A stretch of DNA of 63,840 nucleotides, filler included. It is 12 parts of 12 records of this genome, joined end to end, with 100 filler letters (N's around TTAATTAATTAA, not from the genome) between each part and the next. Parts side by side here need not be neighbours in the genome. Positions count along the whole stretch, not along the records: positions 33,485 to 41,798 come from SRR11831586_1330; positions 41,899 to 44,322 come from SRR11831586_1333; positions 44,423 to 48,974 come from SRR11831586_1338; 9 more parts are not named here. One strand, written 5' to 3'. Numbering within the stretch: position 1 is the first letter of the stretch; each line of letters begins with the position of its first letter. The translations under genes and the position numbers were made by a program. Positions 34,361 to 46,706 of this stretch are shown one piece after another. Under the pieces are notes generated by a model. The model was given only the letters and a program-made list of their open reading frames with translations. It searched no databases and had not been told where the DNA came from.

Positions 34361-34415
34361 TTTTTTGCACTGGCAGGATTACACTCGCGCCGTTAAATAA
34401 CCAACTGGAGTTTTT

Positions 34416-34634
34416 ATGAGTCGATATCAGCATACTAAAGGGCAGATAAAGGATAATGCGATAGAAGCATTACTACATGATCCCTTATTCCGACAGCGCG
34501 TAGAGAAAAATAAGAAGGGGAAAGGCAGTTACATGCGAAAAGGAAAACATGGCAATCGGGGGAACTGGGAGGCCAGTGGCAAGAAAGTAAATCACTTTTT
34601 TACCACTGGTCTTCTGCTTTCAGGCGCTTGTTAA
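34416..34634 (+). CDS. arfA: Alternative ribosome-rescue factor A
   Basis: KKGKGSY motif, 72 aa; 3' hairpin at about 34568-34613. Confidence 0.96.
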
Positions 34635-35041
34635 GAGCGGTTATTCTGCTCTTTCAGCAAATCACGAATTTCTGTCAGTAATACTTCTTCTTTAGTTGGT
34701 GCAGGTGCGGCTGCTGGTTCTTCTTTTTTCCGATTCAGTTTGTTGATTAGCTTAATCGCCATAAAGATGGCAAAGGCCACAATCAGAAAATCAAAGACGT
34801 TTTGAATGAAGACACCGTAATGCATCACAACAGCAGGGATATCCCCCTGCGCATCGCGTAGCGTGACAGCAAACTGTTTAAAATCGATCCCGCCAATTAA
34901 TAAGCCCAGAGGAGGCATGATGATATCGGCAACCAGTGAAGAGACAATCTTCCCGAATGCCGCACCGATAATGACACCCACCGCCAAATCCACCACGTTC
35001 CCGCGCATCGCAAATTCGCGAAATTCTTTAATAATGCTCAT
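34631..35041 (-). CDS. mscL: Large-conductance mechanosensitive channel
   Basis: [17 protein letters not shown]. Confidence 0.99.
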
Positions 35042-35141
35042 GTTATTCTCCCTATGAAGCCGACAACCATAAGTCTAACAAATGTTAAGCCATTTTCCTG
35101 CCAGGAATGAATTTAATTAATCCTTGATAATCAAAGGGAAA

Positions 35142-35169
35142 TAATAAGGCGTCATTAGACGCCTTATTA
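35142..35169 (-). terminator. Hairpin after trkA, probable terminator
   Basis: taataaggcgtc-atta-gacgccttatta inverted repeat. Confidence 0.7.
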
Positions 35170-35170
35170 A

Positions 35171-36547
35171 TTACAAGAAGAAAGGGCTTGGCTGGAAGAG
35201 TCTTTCGACGTCGGTAATAAACTTTTTATCTGTGAGGAACATAATTACGTGATCGCCTTGCTCAATGCGCAGATTGTCATTGGCAATCATCACGTCGTTT
35301 CCACGTACCACCGCTCCAATAATCGTTCCTGGCGGTAGCTTGATTTCGTCAATGACTCTGCCGACAACGCGTGAGGTGCTTTCATCACCGTGAGCAACGG
35401 CTTCAATAGCTTCTGCTACGCCGCGGCGCAATGAGGAAACACCAACAATATCTGCTTTTCGCACATGGCTAAGCAACGCAGAAATAGTTGCTTGTTGTGG
35501 TGAAATCGCAATATCGATAACGCTCCCCTGAACCAGATCCACATAAGCGCGACGCTGGATCAATACCATCACCTTTTTCGCACCCATACGTTTGGCAAGC
35601 ATGGCGGACATGATATTGGCCTCGTCATCGTTGGTGACGGCAATAAACAGATCAACTTGATCGATATGTTCTTCGGCCAGTAGTTCTTGATCCGACGCAT
35701 CACCAAAAAAAGCGATCGTATTCTGTAACTTTTCCGCCAGTTCGGCAGCGCGCTGCTGATTACGTTCGATGAGTTTAACGCTGTAATCTTTTTCCAGACG
35801 ACGCGCCAGCCCTGCACCGATATTACCGCCACCAACCAGCATGATCCGCTTATACGGTTTTTCCAGTCGCTGTAATTCACTCATCACCGCGCGGATATGC
35901 TGTGAAGCGGCAATAAAGAACACTTCATCACCAGCTTCAACAATGGTCGAACCTTGCGGACGAATGGGGCGATCGTGGCGGAAAATTGCTGCCACACGAG
36001 TATCGATATGTGGCATATGTTCGCGCATGGTCGAAAGTGCATTACCAATCAGCGGGCCGCCATAATAGGCTTTAACCACAGCCAGGCTGACTTTACCCTC
36101 AGCGAAGTTCACCACCTGCAATGCGCCGGGATACTCAATCAGTCGGTAAATATTATCGATAACCAACTGCTCTGGTGCGATCAGATGATCAATCGGCACA
36201 GCATCTGAATGAAATAGCTTATCGGCATCGCGCACGTAGTCTGGTGAGCGGATACGAGCGATGCGATTAGGGGTGTTGAAAAGTGAGTAGGCTACCTGGC
36301 AGGCAACCATATTGGTTTCATCTGAACTGGTTACAGCAACCAGCATATCGGCGTCGTCGGCACCTGCCTCCCGCAATACGCGTGGATGAGAGCCATGCCC
36401 CTGCACGACCCGCAGGTCAAATTTATCCTGTAAGGTCCGCAGACGCTCACCGTTGGTATCGACAACAGTAATATCGTTGTTCTCGCCAACCAGGTTTTCC
36501 GCCAGTGTGCCGCCAACCTGGCCGGCACCCAGAATGATAATTTTCAT
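35171..36547 (-). CDS. trkA: Trk potassium uptake NAD-binding subunit
   Basis: 458 aa, two GxGxxG RCK domains. Confidence 0.98.
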   Translation of the reverse strand: MKIIILGAGQVGGTLAENLVGENNDITVVDTNGERLRTLQDKFDLRVVQGHGSHPRVLREAGADDADMLVAVTSSDETNMVACQVAYSLFNTPNRIARIRSPDYVRDADKLFHSDAVPIDHLIAPEQLVIDNIYRLIEYPGALQVVNFAEGKVSLAVVKAYYGGPLIGNALSTMREHMPHIDTRVAAIFRHDRPIRPQGSTIVEAGDEVFFIAASQHIRAVMSELQRLEKPYKRIMLVGGGNIGAGLARRLEKDYSVKLIERNQQRAAELAEKLQNTIAFFGDASDQELLAEEHIDQVDLFIAVTNDDEANIMSAMLAKRMGAKKVMVLIQRRAYVDLVQGSVIDIAISPQQATISALLSHVRKADIVGVSSLRRGVAEAIEAVAHGDESTSRVVGRVIDEIKLPPGTIIGAVVRGNDVMIANDNLRIEQGDHVIMFLTDKKFITDVERLFQPSPFFL

Positions 36548-36568
36548 CAGTCGCGACCCGTTATCTCA

Positions 36569-37858
36569 TCACTTTTTGATTAGCTTAGCGTAAAAGAAGC
36601 CGTCGCCCTCTTCGGCACCAGGTAGATTTTGTTTACCCGGTTGCTCTGGTGTTCCTGTTTCGCAAAGTTCGGCATCAGCGGTACGTTGCAAAAAGGCTTT
36701 AATCTGCAGGCTATTCTCTTCCGGTAACACCGAACAGGTGGCATAGACCAGAGTTCCACCGGTTTTTAAATGCGGCCAAATGGCGTCGAGAATTTCAGAC
36801 TGCAATTGCGCGAGTTCCGGGATATCGCGATCGCGACGTAACCATTTAATATCTGGATGGCGACGAATCACACCGGTTGCTGAACAAGGCGCATCTAATA
36901 AAATGCGATCAAACTGTTGCTCGCCACACCATTGAGAAGGGTAACGGCCATCACCTTGTTTCACGGTCGCCTTCATACCAAGGCGTTTTAAATTGTCGTA
37001 AACCCGAGAGAGGCGCTGTTCGTCGATATCAACCGCAACAACCTGCGCTTCTGGTGCCACCTCAAGGATATGCGTTGTTTTACCGCCGGGGGCGGCACAA
37101 AGATCCAAAATGTGTTCACCGTTTTGTGGCGCAAGCCAGGTCATGCAACCTTGTGCTGATGCATCCTGAACGGTAACCCATCCGTCTTCAAAACCAGGTA
37201 GCGCATGAACAGGTGCAGGTGTTTCCAGACGTACAGCATCAGGGTAATCCGCATGCGGGAAACCTTTCATTCCTGCTTCATCCAGCAATGCAAGCCAGCT
37301 GTCGCGGGAATGATGCGTACGATTAATACGCAGCCACATTGGCGGACGCTGGTTATTGGCTTCGACGATGGATTGCCACTGCTCTGGATACGCTTTTTGC
37401 AGACGCTTCAGCAACCAGGAAGGATGCAGATAACGTGCATCACTGGCATTAAACTCGGCTAATAACTCTTCTTGCTGACGCTGGAACTGGCGTAATACAC
37501 CGTTTATCAACCCTTTAAGTTGCGGACGCTTAATTGCGATAGCGCCTTCAACCGTTTCAGCCAGCGCAGCATGAGGTGGAATGCGGGTATAAAGCAGTTG
37601 ATACAAACCAACCATAATCAGGTAATGCACGGTCCGCTGTTTGCCGGTCATCGGACGGGCCATTAACTTATTAATCAGCCAGTCTAACTGCGAAAGCGTA
37701 CGCAGTACGCCAAAGCACAACTCTTGAAGAAGTGCTTTGTCTTTATCGGAAACTTTTTGCTGGAGCGGTGGCAGAATGTTGCTTAATGATTGCCCTTGCT
37801 CGACGACTTGTTCAACGGCCTGGGCCGCCATGCTACGTAAATTACGTTGTTTTTTCAT
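36569..37858 (-). CDS. rsmB: 16S rRNA m5C967 methyltransferase
   Basis: MKKQRNLR start, [20 protein letters not shown]. Confidence 0.98.
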
Positions 37859-37903
37859 AAGTATAAAAACGCCCGGCAAGACCGGGCTTAGAAGAGTGGA
37901 CTA

Positions 37904-38851
37904 TCAGACCAGACGGTTGCCCGGAACAAACCATTCCCGACGAGAGTTCAGGAGGTCTTGCGCGCTCATCGCTTTCTTACCCGCAGGTTGTAACGAGAGC
38001 AGGTTCAGGATGCCATCACCAGTCGCAACCTGAATGCCTTGTTTGTTGGCTTCAAGGATCGTTCCTGGTGCAGCGTTGGTTGCCGTATCAATGACCGATG
38101 CTTTCCAGACTTTAACCGGCTGTCCTTCAATTTCCAGCCAGCTCATTGGCCATGGATTGAAAGCGCGAATGCAGCGTTCAAGCTGTGCTGCCGAAAGTGA
38201 CCAGTCAATACGCGCTTCTTCTTTACTCAACTTCTCGGCGTAAGTGACAAGAGTTTCGTCCTGAACTTCTGGTTTCGCCGTGCCGTCTGCCAGTTGTTTC
38301 AACGTGGTGATAAGCCCTTGTGGGCCAAGCTCTGCCAGCTTGTCGTACAGCGTACCACTGGTATCTTCTGCAGTAATCGGGCAGGAGAGCTTATAGAGCA
38401 TATCACCGGTGTCTAAACCGACATCCATTTGCATAATGGTCACACCAGTTTCTGCATCACCCGCCCATAGTGAGCGTTGGATTGGTGCAGCACCGCGCCA
38501 GCGTGGCAGCAGTGAACCATGAACGTTGATACAGCCAAGACGCGGCATCTCCAGCACTGCTTTCGGCAGAATTAAACCATAGGCGACGACGACCATAACA
38601 TCAGCCTGCAGTTCGGCGACCAGTTGCTGGTTTTCTTGTGGACGCAGGGAAACAGGTTGAAAAACGGGCAGACCTTTTTCCTCAGCCAGAACTTTAACCG
38701 GGCTGGGCATCAGTTTTTTACCGCGTCCTGCCGGTCGGTCTGGCTGGGTGAACACGCCAACGACGTTATGACCAGAAGACAACAGCGCGTCGAGATGACG
38801 CGCTGCAAAGTCAGGTGTACCCGCAAAAATAATACGTAGTGATTCTGACAC
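37904..38851 (-). CDS. fmt: Methionyl-tRNA formyltransferase
   Basis: [22 protein letters not shown]. Confidence 0.99.
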
Positions 38852-38865
38852 GTTAGTTCTTATCC

Positions 38866-39375
38866 TTAAGCCCGGGCTTTCAGACGATCCAGTTTTTCAA
38901 CTTTCTGACGAATACGTTGTTGTTTCAGCGGTGACAGATAATCCATAAACAGTTTGCCGACCAGGTGATCCATCTCATGCTGAATACAGATGGCTAACAG
39001 ACCGTCTGCTTCCAGTTCAAATGGTTTACCGTCGCGGTCAAGGGCGCGAATTTTAACTTTCTCTGCGCGCGGCACTAAAGCACGTTGTTCAGGGATCGAC
39101 AGGCAACCTTCTTCAATGCCTGTTTCGCCGCTTTTTTCTAAAAGCTCTGGATTGATTAACACTAGCCGTTCGTCACGGTTTTCCGAAACATCAATAACAA
39201 TGATACGTTGATGGATATCAACCTGGGTTGCCGCCAGGCCAATACCTTCTTCTGCGTACATCGTCTCGAACATATCATCGACGATACGCTGAATTTCTGC
39301 ATTCACTTCTTCTACCGGTTTAGCAACTTTGCGAAGCCGCTCGTCCGGAATATGTAACACTTGCAAAACTGACAT
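38866..39375 (-). CDS. def: Peptide deformylase
   Basis: [18 protein letters not shown]. Confidence 0.99.
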
Positions 39376-39504
39376 AAATCTCCAGAGATGTGTTCAGGAG
39401 TTAGAAAGATTATTTCTTCTATTCTAGACAAATCCCCCTCTGATTGACAGCATCACTGACCAATCGCAAAGATTGCTAAGGCTGCTTATGGCAGGGAGAT
39501 AAGG

Positions 39505-40629
39505 ATGGTCGATACAGAAATTTGGCTGCGTTTAATGAGTATCAGCAGCTTGTACGGCGATGATATGGTCCGTATCGCTCACTGGGTGGCAAAACAGTCG
39601 CATATTGATGCGGTTGTATTGCAGCAAACAGGGCTTACATTGCGGCAGGCACAACGCTTTCTTTCATTTCCACGAAAGAGTATCGAAAGCTCACTTTGTT
39701 GGTTGGAGCAACCCAACCATCATTTAATTCCTGCGGACAGCGAATTTTATCCTCCTCAACTTCTGGCGACGACAGATTACCCCGGCGCACTGTTTGTTGA
39801 AGGAGAACTGCACGCGCTGCATTCATTTCAGCTTGCCGTAGTGGGGAGTCGGGCGCATTCATGGTATGGCGAGCGATGGGGACGATTATTTTGCGAAACT
39901 CTGGCGACGCGTGGAGTGACAATTACGAGTGGACTGGCGCGTGGAATCGATGGTGTAGCGCATAAAGCAGCCTTACAGGTAAATGGCGTCAGCATTGCTG
40001 TATTGGGGAATGGACTTAATACCATTCATCCCCGCCGTCATGCCCGACTGGCTGCCAGTCTGCTTGAACAGGGGGGCGCTCTCGTCTCGGAATTTCCCCT
40101 CGATGTTCCACCCCTTGCTTACAATTTCCCACGAAGAAATCGCATTATCAGTGGTCTAAGTAAAGGTGTACTGGTGGTGGAAGCGGCTTTGCGTAGTGGT
40201 TCGCTGGTGACAGCACGTTGTGCGCTTGAGCAGGGGCGAGAAGTTTTTGCCTTGCCAGGTCCAATAGGGAATCCGGGAAGCGAAGGGCCTCACTGGTTAA
40301 TAAAACAAGGTGCGATTCTTGTGACGGAACCGGAAGAAATTCTGGAAAACTTGCAATTTGGATTGCACTGGTTGCCAGACGCCCCTGAAAATTCATTTTA
40401 TTCACCAGATCAGCAAGACGTGGCATTGCCATTTCCTGAGCTCCTGGCTAACGTAGGAGATGAGGTAACACCTGTTGACGTCGTCGCTGAACGTGCCGGC
40501 CAACCTGTGCCAGAGGTAGTTACTCAACTACTCGAACTGGAGTTAGCAGGATGGATCGCAGCTGTACCCGGCGGCTATGTCCGATTGAGGAGGGCATGCC
40601 ATGTTCGACGTACTAATGTATTTGTTTGA
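39505..40629 (+). CDS. smf: DNA-protecting protein DprA/Smf
   Basis: [18 protein letters not shown]. Confidence 0.97.
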   Translation: MVDTEIWLRLMSISSLYGDDMVRIAHWVAKQSHIDAVVLQQTGLTLRQAQRFLSFPRKSIESSLCWLEQPNHHLIPADSEFYPPQLLATTDYPGALFVEGELHALHSFQLAVVGSRAHSWYGERWGRLFCETLATRGVTITSGLARGIDGVAHKAALQVNGVSIAVLGNGLNTIHPRRHARLAASLLEQGGALVSEFPLDVPPLAYNFPRRNRIISGLSKGVLVVEAALRSGSLVTARCALEQGREVFALPGPIGNPGSEGPHWLIKQGAILVTEPEEILENLQFGLHWLPDAPENSFYSPDQQDVALPFPELLANVGDEVTPVDVVAERAGQPVPEVVTQLLELELAGWIAAVPGGYVRLRRACHVRRTNVFV

Positions 40630-41074
40630 AACCTATATTCACACAGAAGCTGAGTTGCGTGTGGATCAAGACAAACTTGAACAGGATCTTACCGACGCAG
40701 GTTTTGAGCGAGAAGATATCTACAATGCCCTGCTATGGCTGGAAAAACTTGCTGATTATCAGGAAGGGTTGGCAGAACCGATGCAACTGGCCTCGGATCC
40801 TCTCTCCATGCGTATTTATACACCGGAAGAGTGTGAACGACTGGATGCCAGCTGCCGTGGGTTTCTGCTTTTCCTTGAGCAGATTCAGGTGCTCAACCTT
40901 GAAACTCGTGAAATGGTGATAGAGCGAGTGCTCGCGCTGGATAACGCAGAGTTCGAACTGGATGATCTGAAATGGGTGATCCTGATGGTGTTGTTCAATA
41001 TTCCGGGCTGCGAAAATGCGTACCAGCAAATGGAAGAATTACTCTTTGAAGTGAATGAAGGTATGCTGCATTAA
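40601..41074 (+). CDS. smg: DUF494 protein Smg
   Basis: [12 protein letters not shown]. Confidence 0.96.
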   Translation: MFDVLMYLFETYIHTEAELRVDQDKLEQDLTDAGFEREDIYNALLWLEKLADYQEGLAEPMQLASDPLSMRIYTPEECERLDASCRGFLLFLEQIQVLNLETREMVIERVLALDNAEFELDDLKWVILMVLFNIPGCENAYQQMEELLFEVNEGMLH

Positions 41075-41102
41075 TCATTTCTTTAATTCAGCATAAGTTG
41101 TT

Positions 41103-41645
41103 ATGGCGAAATCAGCACTGTTCACGGTGCGTAATAATGAGTCCTGCCCAAAGTGCGGGGCTGAACTGGTTATTCGATCCGGGAAACACGGTCCGTTTCT
41201 TGGATGCTCACAGTATCCGGCGTGTGACTACGTCCGTCCTCTGAAATCTTCAGCGGATGGACATATCGTCAAAGTTCTGGAGGGGCAGGTTTGCCCTGCA
41301 TGTGGCGCAAATCTGGTATTACGCCAGGGACGCTTTGGTATGTTTATTGGTTGCATTAACTACCCTGAATGCGAACATACCGAACTTATCGATAAACCGG
41401 ACGAAACAGCAATTACATGCCCCCAATGTCGGACGGGCCATCTGGTCCAGCGCCGCTCCCGTTATGGCAAAACATTTCACTCTTGTGATCGCTACCCGGA
41501 GTGTCAATTTGCCATTAACTTCAAACCCATAGCTGGAGAATGCCCTGAGTGTCATTATCCGCTACTCATCGAAAAGAAAACCGCGCAGGGTGTAAAACAC
41601 TTTTGTGCCAGTAAACAATGTGGAAAGCCGGTTTCGGCGGAATAA
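41103..41645 (+). CDS. yrdD: Topoisomerase zinc-ribbon domain protein YrdD
   Basis: Repeated C4 zinc ribbons. Confidence 0.95.
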
Positions 41646-41649
41646 TAAC

Positions 41650-41798
41650 GTGAATAATAACCTGCAAAGAGACGCTATCGCAGCTGCGATAGATGTTCTC
41701 AATGAAGAACGTGTCATCGCCTATCCAACGGAAGCCGTTTTCGGTGTTGGGTGCGATCCTGATAGCGAAACAGCAGTGATGCGACTGTTGGAGTTAAA
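41650..41798 (+). CDS. tsaC: Threonylcarbamoyl-AMP synthase, 5' part
   Basis: GTG start, [15 protein letters not shown]. Confidence 0.93.
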
Positions 41799-41932
41799 NN
41801 NNNNNNNNNNNNNNNNNNNNNNNNNNNNNNNNNNNNNNNNNNTTAATTAATTAANNNNNNNNNNNNNNNNNNNNNNNNNNNNNNNNNNNNNNNNNNNNAC
41901 TGACATTGCGTGTTGTTTTGCTTCGTGTGTAG

Positions 41933-44208
41933 AATTTGCAACTACCACCGGGGTTCGTTCCCTGTGCCCGTGCTGACAATGTGCTTCTCACGACACGACA
42001 AACTCCTCTACACGGGAGACGAGCGCGGCGAAATCAAGCTATGGAATCTGTCAGGCATGATTAGCGTAGCTGGAATGACAGAACTGGTTGCGCTCAATGT
42101 AAAGATCACTCGACAACACGTTCGCGCAACGGCTCAGCCCATTGTCGCAGGTAATCGCTGCCGGGCCCAATGTGTTCGCTGGTCCCTTACTTTCGTGTGT
42201 GTGTGTCTGTGTGTGTGTGTCTTCTTTATGTAGACCGTGTGGTTGGACCGGAGGACATACAGCTCATGCACAGGTTCAAAGCGCATGAGGAAGCCGTGAT
42301 TCAGTACGTGCGATATATATGTGTACACTTGTGCCTATCACATGACTGCAGCGTGTCTAATGAGAGCTTTGAACAGCTTGCAACAAAGCCACAACCCCCG
42401 CGTCATTGTCACAGCCGCATCAGACCGGCTTGTGCGTGTGTGGGGATGGCGTAAAGATAAGATGACACGCTTGCCCAGGCCGGGCACCCATTTGGGTACC
42501 CTGCGCGCGATCGTTGACAATCATCGGTTCTGGCACTTTGACGACAGGGACGCAACGCTGGAGGTGCAGCAGGTTATGTTGAGAAAGGTACGATTCAGCA
42601 TTCTGGCTCTGTGATTGTAGTTGCGCTCACGGTTTCATTCGTATGACGCACAATTGTAAATGTCGCGGTGTAGCTGGAGGAACAACAGGACGAAGAGTCT
42701 CCTTCCCATAAGGTCGCGCATCATCACCACCATCACCATCACCGCAAAGGTATCTCCCAACGCTCACACATTCGCTCCTGTTCGTGTGAATCTGACTAAA
42801 CTCGCGTGTTACAGCGTCGGAGAATGACGAGAAGAGCAACGCTGCTGTCGATGCGAACGATGCTGTCACAGCGCTGATGGTGCAATCGGGCCGTGATCCG
42901 CGCCGTTTCATGCGGGATTTCCGACATGAGCTCCGACAGTTGCACCGCGAACGCAGCCCATCGCCCCAAAAGTACGACATTTACGGCCACGCAACCAAAG
43001 CCGTAGAACCGGAAGCCGCCGGCGGTGCAGCAGGACGATCCAGTTCGCCTGGAATCAACAAGAACATCACCATTCTCTCGGCATCTATCTCTGCGCGCAG
43101 CTTCTCCCCACCGCCCGTCTCTGAACCCCCCTTCTCTCCGCCCCTGCTTCCCGTGGAGGGCGAGCTCGCCCCCGTGCGCAACATCCTGGACACGGTCACC
43201 AGCCCCCCTGTCCCCATCGCCGCCACCCGCCTTCGGTCGTCCTCCGCCTTTGTCGATCTGCGCAAACAGACTCTCATCGGGCGTGCGGCTGCGCTCTCAC
43301 CCGTGTACGCAGCCAGCGTGCCGTCCACCTCCCCGCCCCCCGTTCTGCATAACTCACCCACGCTCAGCATCATCGTGCCCGAGGTCGATGAACAAGCACT
43401 GGCCCTTGCCCTGCCACCGACCGACCTGGCGCAAGCTGGCAGTGCGGGGGGTGGCTCCGAGACCTCCGATGATCACGGAACCGAAAGCTCAGTGACAGGA
43501 GCGGACTCTATGGTGCACTCGGAGTCCCGTGCAAGTCTGTCGTCGCTGCTGCCCGGTGAGACCCTCCAACCGCATAGCAACACGAAGACTAGCCTCAAAT
43601 CGCCACACTCGGGCCCTCGTTCTCCCTCGGGCCGATCCGTTCGTCTGTCGCCGCATAGCCCGTCCGCCTCGGACCTCGGCAAGGAGATACTGATGGCGAA
43701 GAGTAATGTAGCGGGTGACATCACTCGAGCCGCCTGTACGTTTATACATGTTACACTAGTCTACGACGTAGCAGGAAGAACGTAGCAGTGCAATTGTATG
43801 TGTGGTTCGTGTAATCAGTCACTCACGTTGCAATCCTCTTTCTGCAGCGCTGTTTTATCAACCGAAAAAGTTTGCAGACGTCAAGAGCCGATTCCTGGAT
43901 CCCCGGAAACTCAAACCAAAGGTATTATCCTGTCTCGCCTGCGCACTCCGTTGCTCATTTCATCGGCTGACCCGGTATAGACACAATCCCCGCGGACACG
44001 CAAGCGCGCAGTAACGCCGCAGCCGACACTCGCGCTCACGCCCAAACAGAGTGAGATTTATCGCAAGCTCGAGATGGCGTTCGACAAGGCCGAGTCGCCG
44101 TTGGGATCGGATTTCTTCCCACCATTGCCGCAGCCCGCACGCGCACGCTCACAGATGGAGATGTACAAGGCATCCTCTGCCGGCGGCAACAAGGAGGATC
44201 CGCTATAG
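41933..44208 (+). CDS. Eukaryotic spliced WD40-repeat protein, C-terminal part (possibly WDR49/WDR64-like) with a Ser/Pro-rich tail
   Basis: Phase-consistent exons 41933-42150, 42234-42303, 42377-42587, 42674-42749, 42815-43735, 43848-43921, 43981-44208 (TAG); all GT-AG. WD motifs LYTGDERGEIKLWN and FKAHEEAVI..VTAASDRLVRVW. Confidence 0.8.
42195..42220. repeat. Intronic (GT)n microsatellite
   Basis: gtgtgtgtgtgtctgtgtgtgtgtgt. Confidence 0.85.
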
Positions 44209-44579
44209 AACGCGAGCTTCTGCTTCTTCAGAGTGAAAAGAGGAGCGCGGCCTCGCAGCAACATCGCGATTCCACCGCTGTGTACATACAACCGAGACAG
44301 GCACACACTGAGTGTGGGAAGCNNNNNNNNNNNNNNNNNNNNNNNNNNNNNNNNNNNNNNNNNNNNTTAATTAATTAANNNNNNNNNNNNNNNNNNNNNN
44401 NNNNNNNNNNNNNNNNNNNNNNCCCCCCCTGCCGCAGCCTGCTCCGGTCGGACCTGGCAACTATAGCTACTCACAGCCAGGTTGATTATAATAACCGTTT
44501 ATCTGTTCGTACTGTTTACTAAAACGACGAATCGCCTGATTTTCAGGCACAACAAGCATCAACAATAAGGATTAAAGCT

Positions 44580-45368
44580 ATGGGTTTTCTTTCCGGTAAG
44601 CGCATTCTGGTAACCGGTGTTGCCAGCAAACTATCCATCGCCTACGGTATCGCTCAGGCGATGCACCGCGAAGGAGCTGAACTGGCATTCACCTACCAGA
44701 ACGACAAACTGAAAGGCCGCGTAGAAGAATTTGCCGCTCAATTGGGTTCTGACATCGTTCTGCAGTGCGATGTTGCAGAAGATGCCAGCATCGACACCAT
44801 GTTCGCTGAACTGGGGAAAGTTTGGCCGAAATTTGACGGTTTCGTACACTCTATTGGTTTTGCACCTGGCGATCAGCTGGATGGTGACTATGTTAACGCC
44901 GTTACCCGTGAAGGCTTCAAAATTGCCCACGACATCAGCTCCTACAGCTTCGTTGCAATGGCAAAAGCTTGCCGCTCCATGCTGAATCCGGGTTCTGCCC
45001 TGCTGACCCTTTCCTACCTTGGCGCTGAGCGCGCTATCCCGAACTACAACGTTATGGGTCTGGCAAAAGCGTCTCTGGAAGCGAACGTGCGCTATATGGC
45101 GAACGCGATGGGTCCGGAAGGTGTGCGTGTTAACGCCATCTCTGCTGGTCCGATCCGTACTCTGGCGGCCTCCGGTATCAAAGACTTCCGCAAAATGCTG
45201 GCTCATTGCGAAGCCGTTACCCCGATTCGCCGTACCGTTACTATTGAAGATGTGGGTAACTCTGCGGCATTCCTGTGCTCCGATCTCTCTGCCGGTATCT
45301 CCGGTGAAGTGGTCCACGTTGACGGCGGTTTCAGCATTGCTGCAATGAACGAACTCGAACTGAAATAA
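44580..45368 (+). CDS. fabI: Enoyl-ACP reductase
   Basis: 262 aa, YNVMGLAK; G93 wild type. Confidence 0.99.
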
Positions 45369-45511
45369 TCGTTCTGTTGGTAAAGATGGGCGGCGTTCTG
45401 CCGCCCGTTATCTCTGTTATACCTTTCTGATATTTGTTATCGCCGATCCGTCTTTCTCCCCTTCCCGCCTTGCGTCAGGATAACGATTTCCTTTACGACC
45501 AAGGAGCGCCC

Positions 45512-46639
45512 ATGGAACAACGCCACATCACCGGCAAAAGCCACTGGTATCATGAAACGCAATCCAGTACTACGGAGTATGACGTTCTGCCTCTGGTCCC
45601 GGAAGCCGCAAAGGTCAGCGATCCCTTTCTACTCGACGTGATCCTTGAAAAAGAAACGCTGGCCCCCTTCCTTTCATGGCTGGACCCTGCGCGTGTTCTT
45701 GCAGTGGATTTGTTCCCTGACCAGCTTACCGTGACCCGTTCACAGACCTTCACCGCTTATGAACGCTTGTCGACGGCCCTGACGGTTGCTCAGGTTTGCG
45801 GCGTCCAGCGGTTATGTAACTACTATTCGGCGCGACTTACGCCGCTCCCCGGGCCTGATTCCACCAGGGAAAGTAATCATCGGTTGGCACAAATCACGCA
45901 ATATGCCCGCCAACTGGCTAGCTCGCCTTCTATTATCGACAACCGATCGCGCCAGCATCTGAATGACGTCGGTCTTACTGCCTGGGACTGTGTGATCATT
46001 AGCCAAATCATTGGTTTTATTGGCTTTCAGGCGCGGACAATTGCGACATTTCAGGCTTATCTCGGGCATCCGGTACGCTGGTTACCCGGGCTGGAGATAC
46101 AAAACTACGCCGACGCGTCACTGTTTGCTGATGAATCATTACGCTGGCGAAGCAGCTATGAGGTGGAAAAACTACCTGAAGAGCACACAAAAAGTTCAAC
46201 TGCAGAACTTTGCCAACTGGCCGAAATACTCTCTCTCCACCCTATTTCACTTTCCCTTCTCGAAAAGTTGTTAAACAGCACACGGGGCAATACACAGCCG
46301 GATAATCAGCTTGCGGCGTTGTTATGCGCGCGTATAAATGGCAGTCCTGCTTGTTTTGCCACCTGTATGGATTCATCAAATGAATATAAAAAAATCAGCA
46401 CCCTTATGCGCAAGGGCGAAAATGAAATTAACCAATGGGCTGACCGTCATTCTGTTGAGCGCGCTACCGTTCAGGCGATACAATGGCTGACCCGAGCACC
46501 CGATCGCTTTAGCGCCGCCCAGTTCAGCCCTTTACTCGAACACGAAAAATCATCAACGCAGATTATTAATCTGCTGGTATGGAGCGGGCTGTGTGGCTGG
46601 ATAAATCGCTTAAAAATCGCGTTGGGTGAGACATATTAA
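45512..46639 (+). CDS. yciW: AhpD-like protein YciW
   Basis: MEQRHITGK start after SD aggag; lies between fabI and rnb. Confidence 0.9.
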
Positions 46640-46706
46640 CCTTGCCGCGTCAGACAGATTCGCGTAAAACTGTCAGCCGCTCTAATGGCCACCAAAATAG
46701 ACAATT

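Noticed and set aside
34416..35041. arfA 3' hairpin and convergent overlap with mscL
   Set aside because: Known arrangement (RNase III and tmRNA control of arfA).
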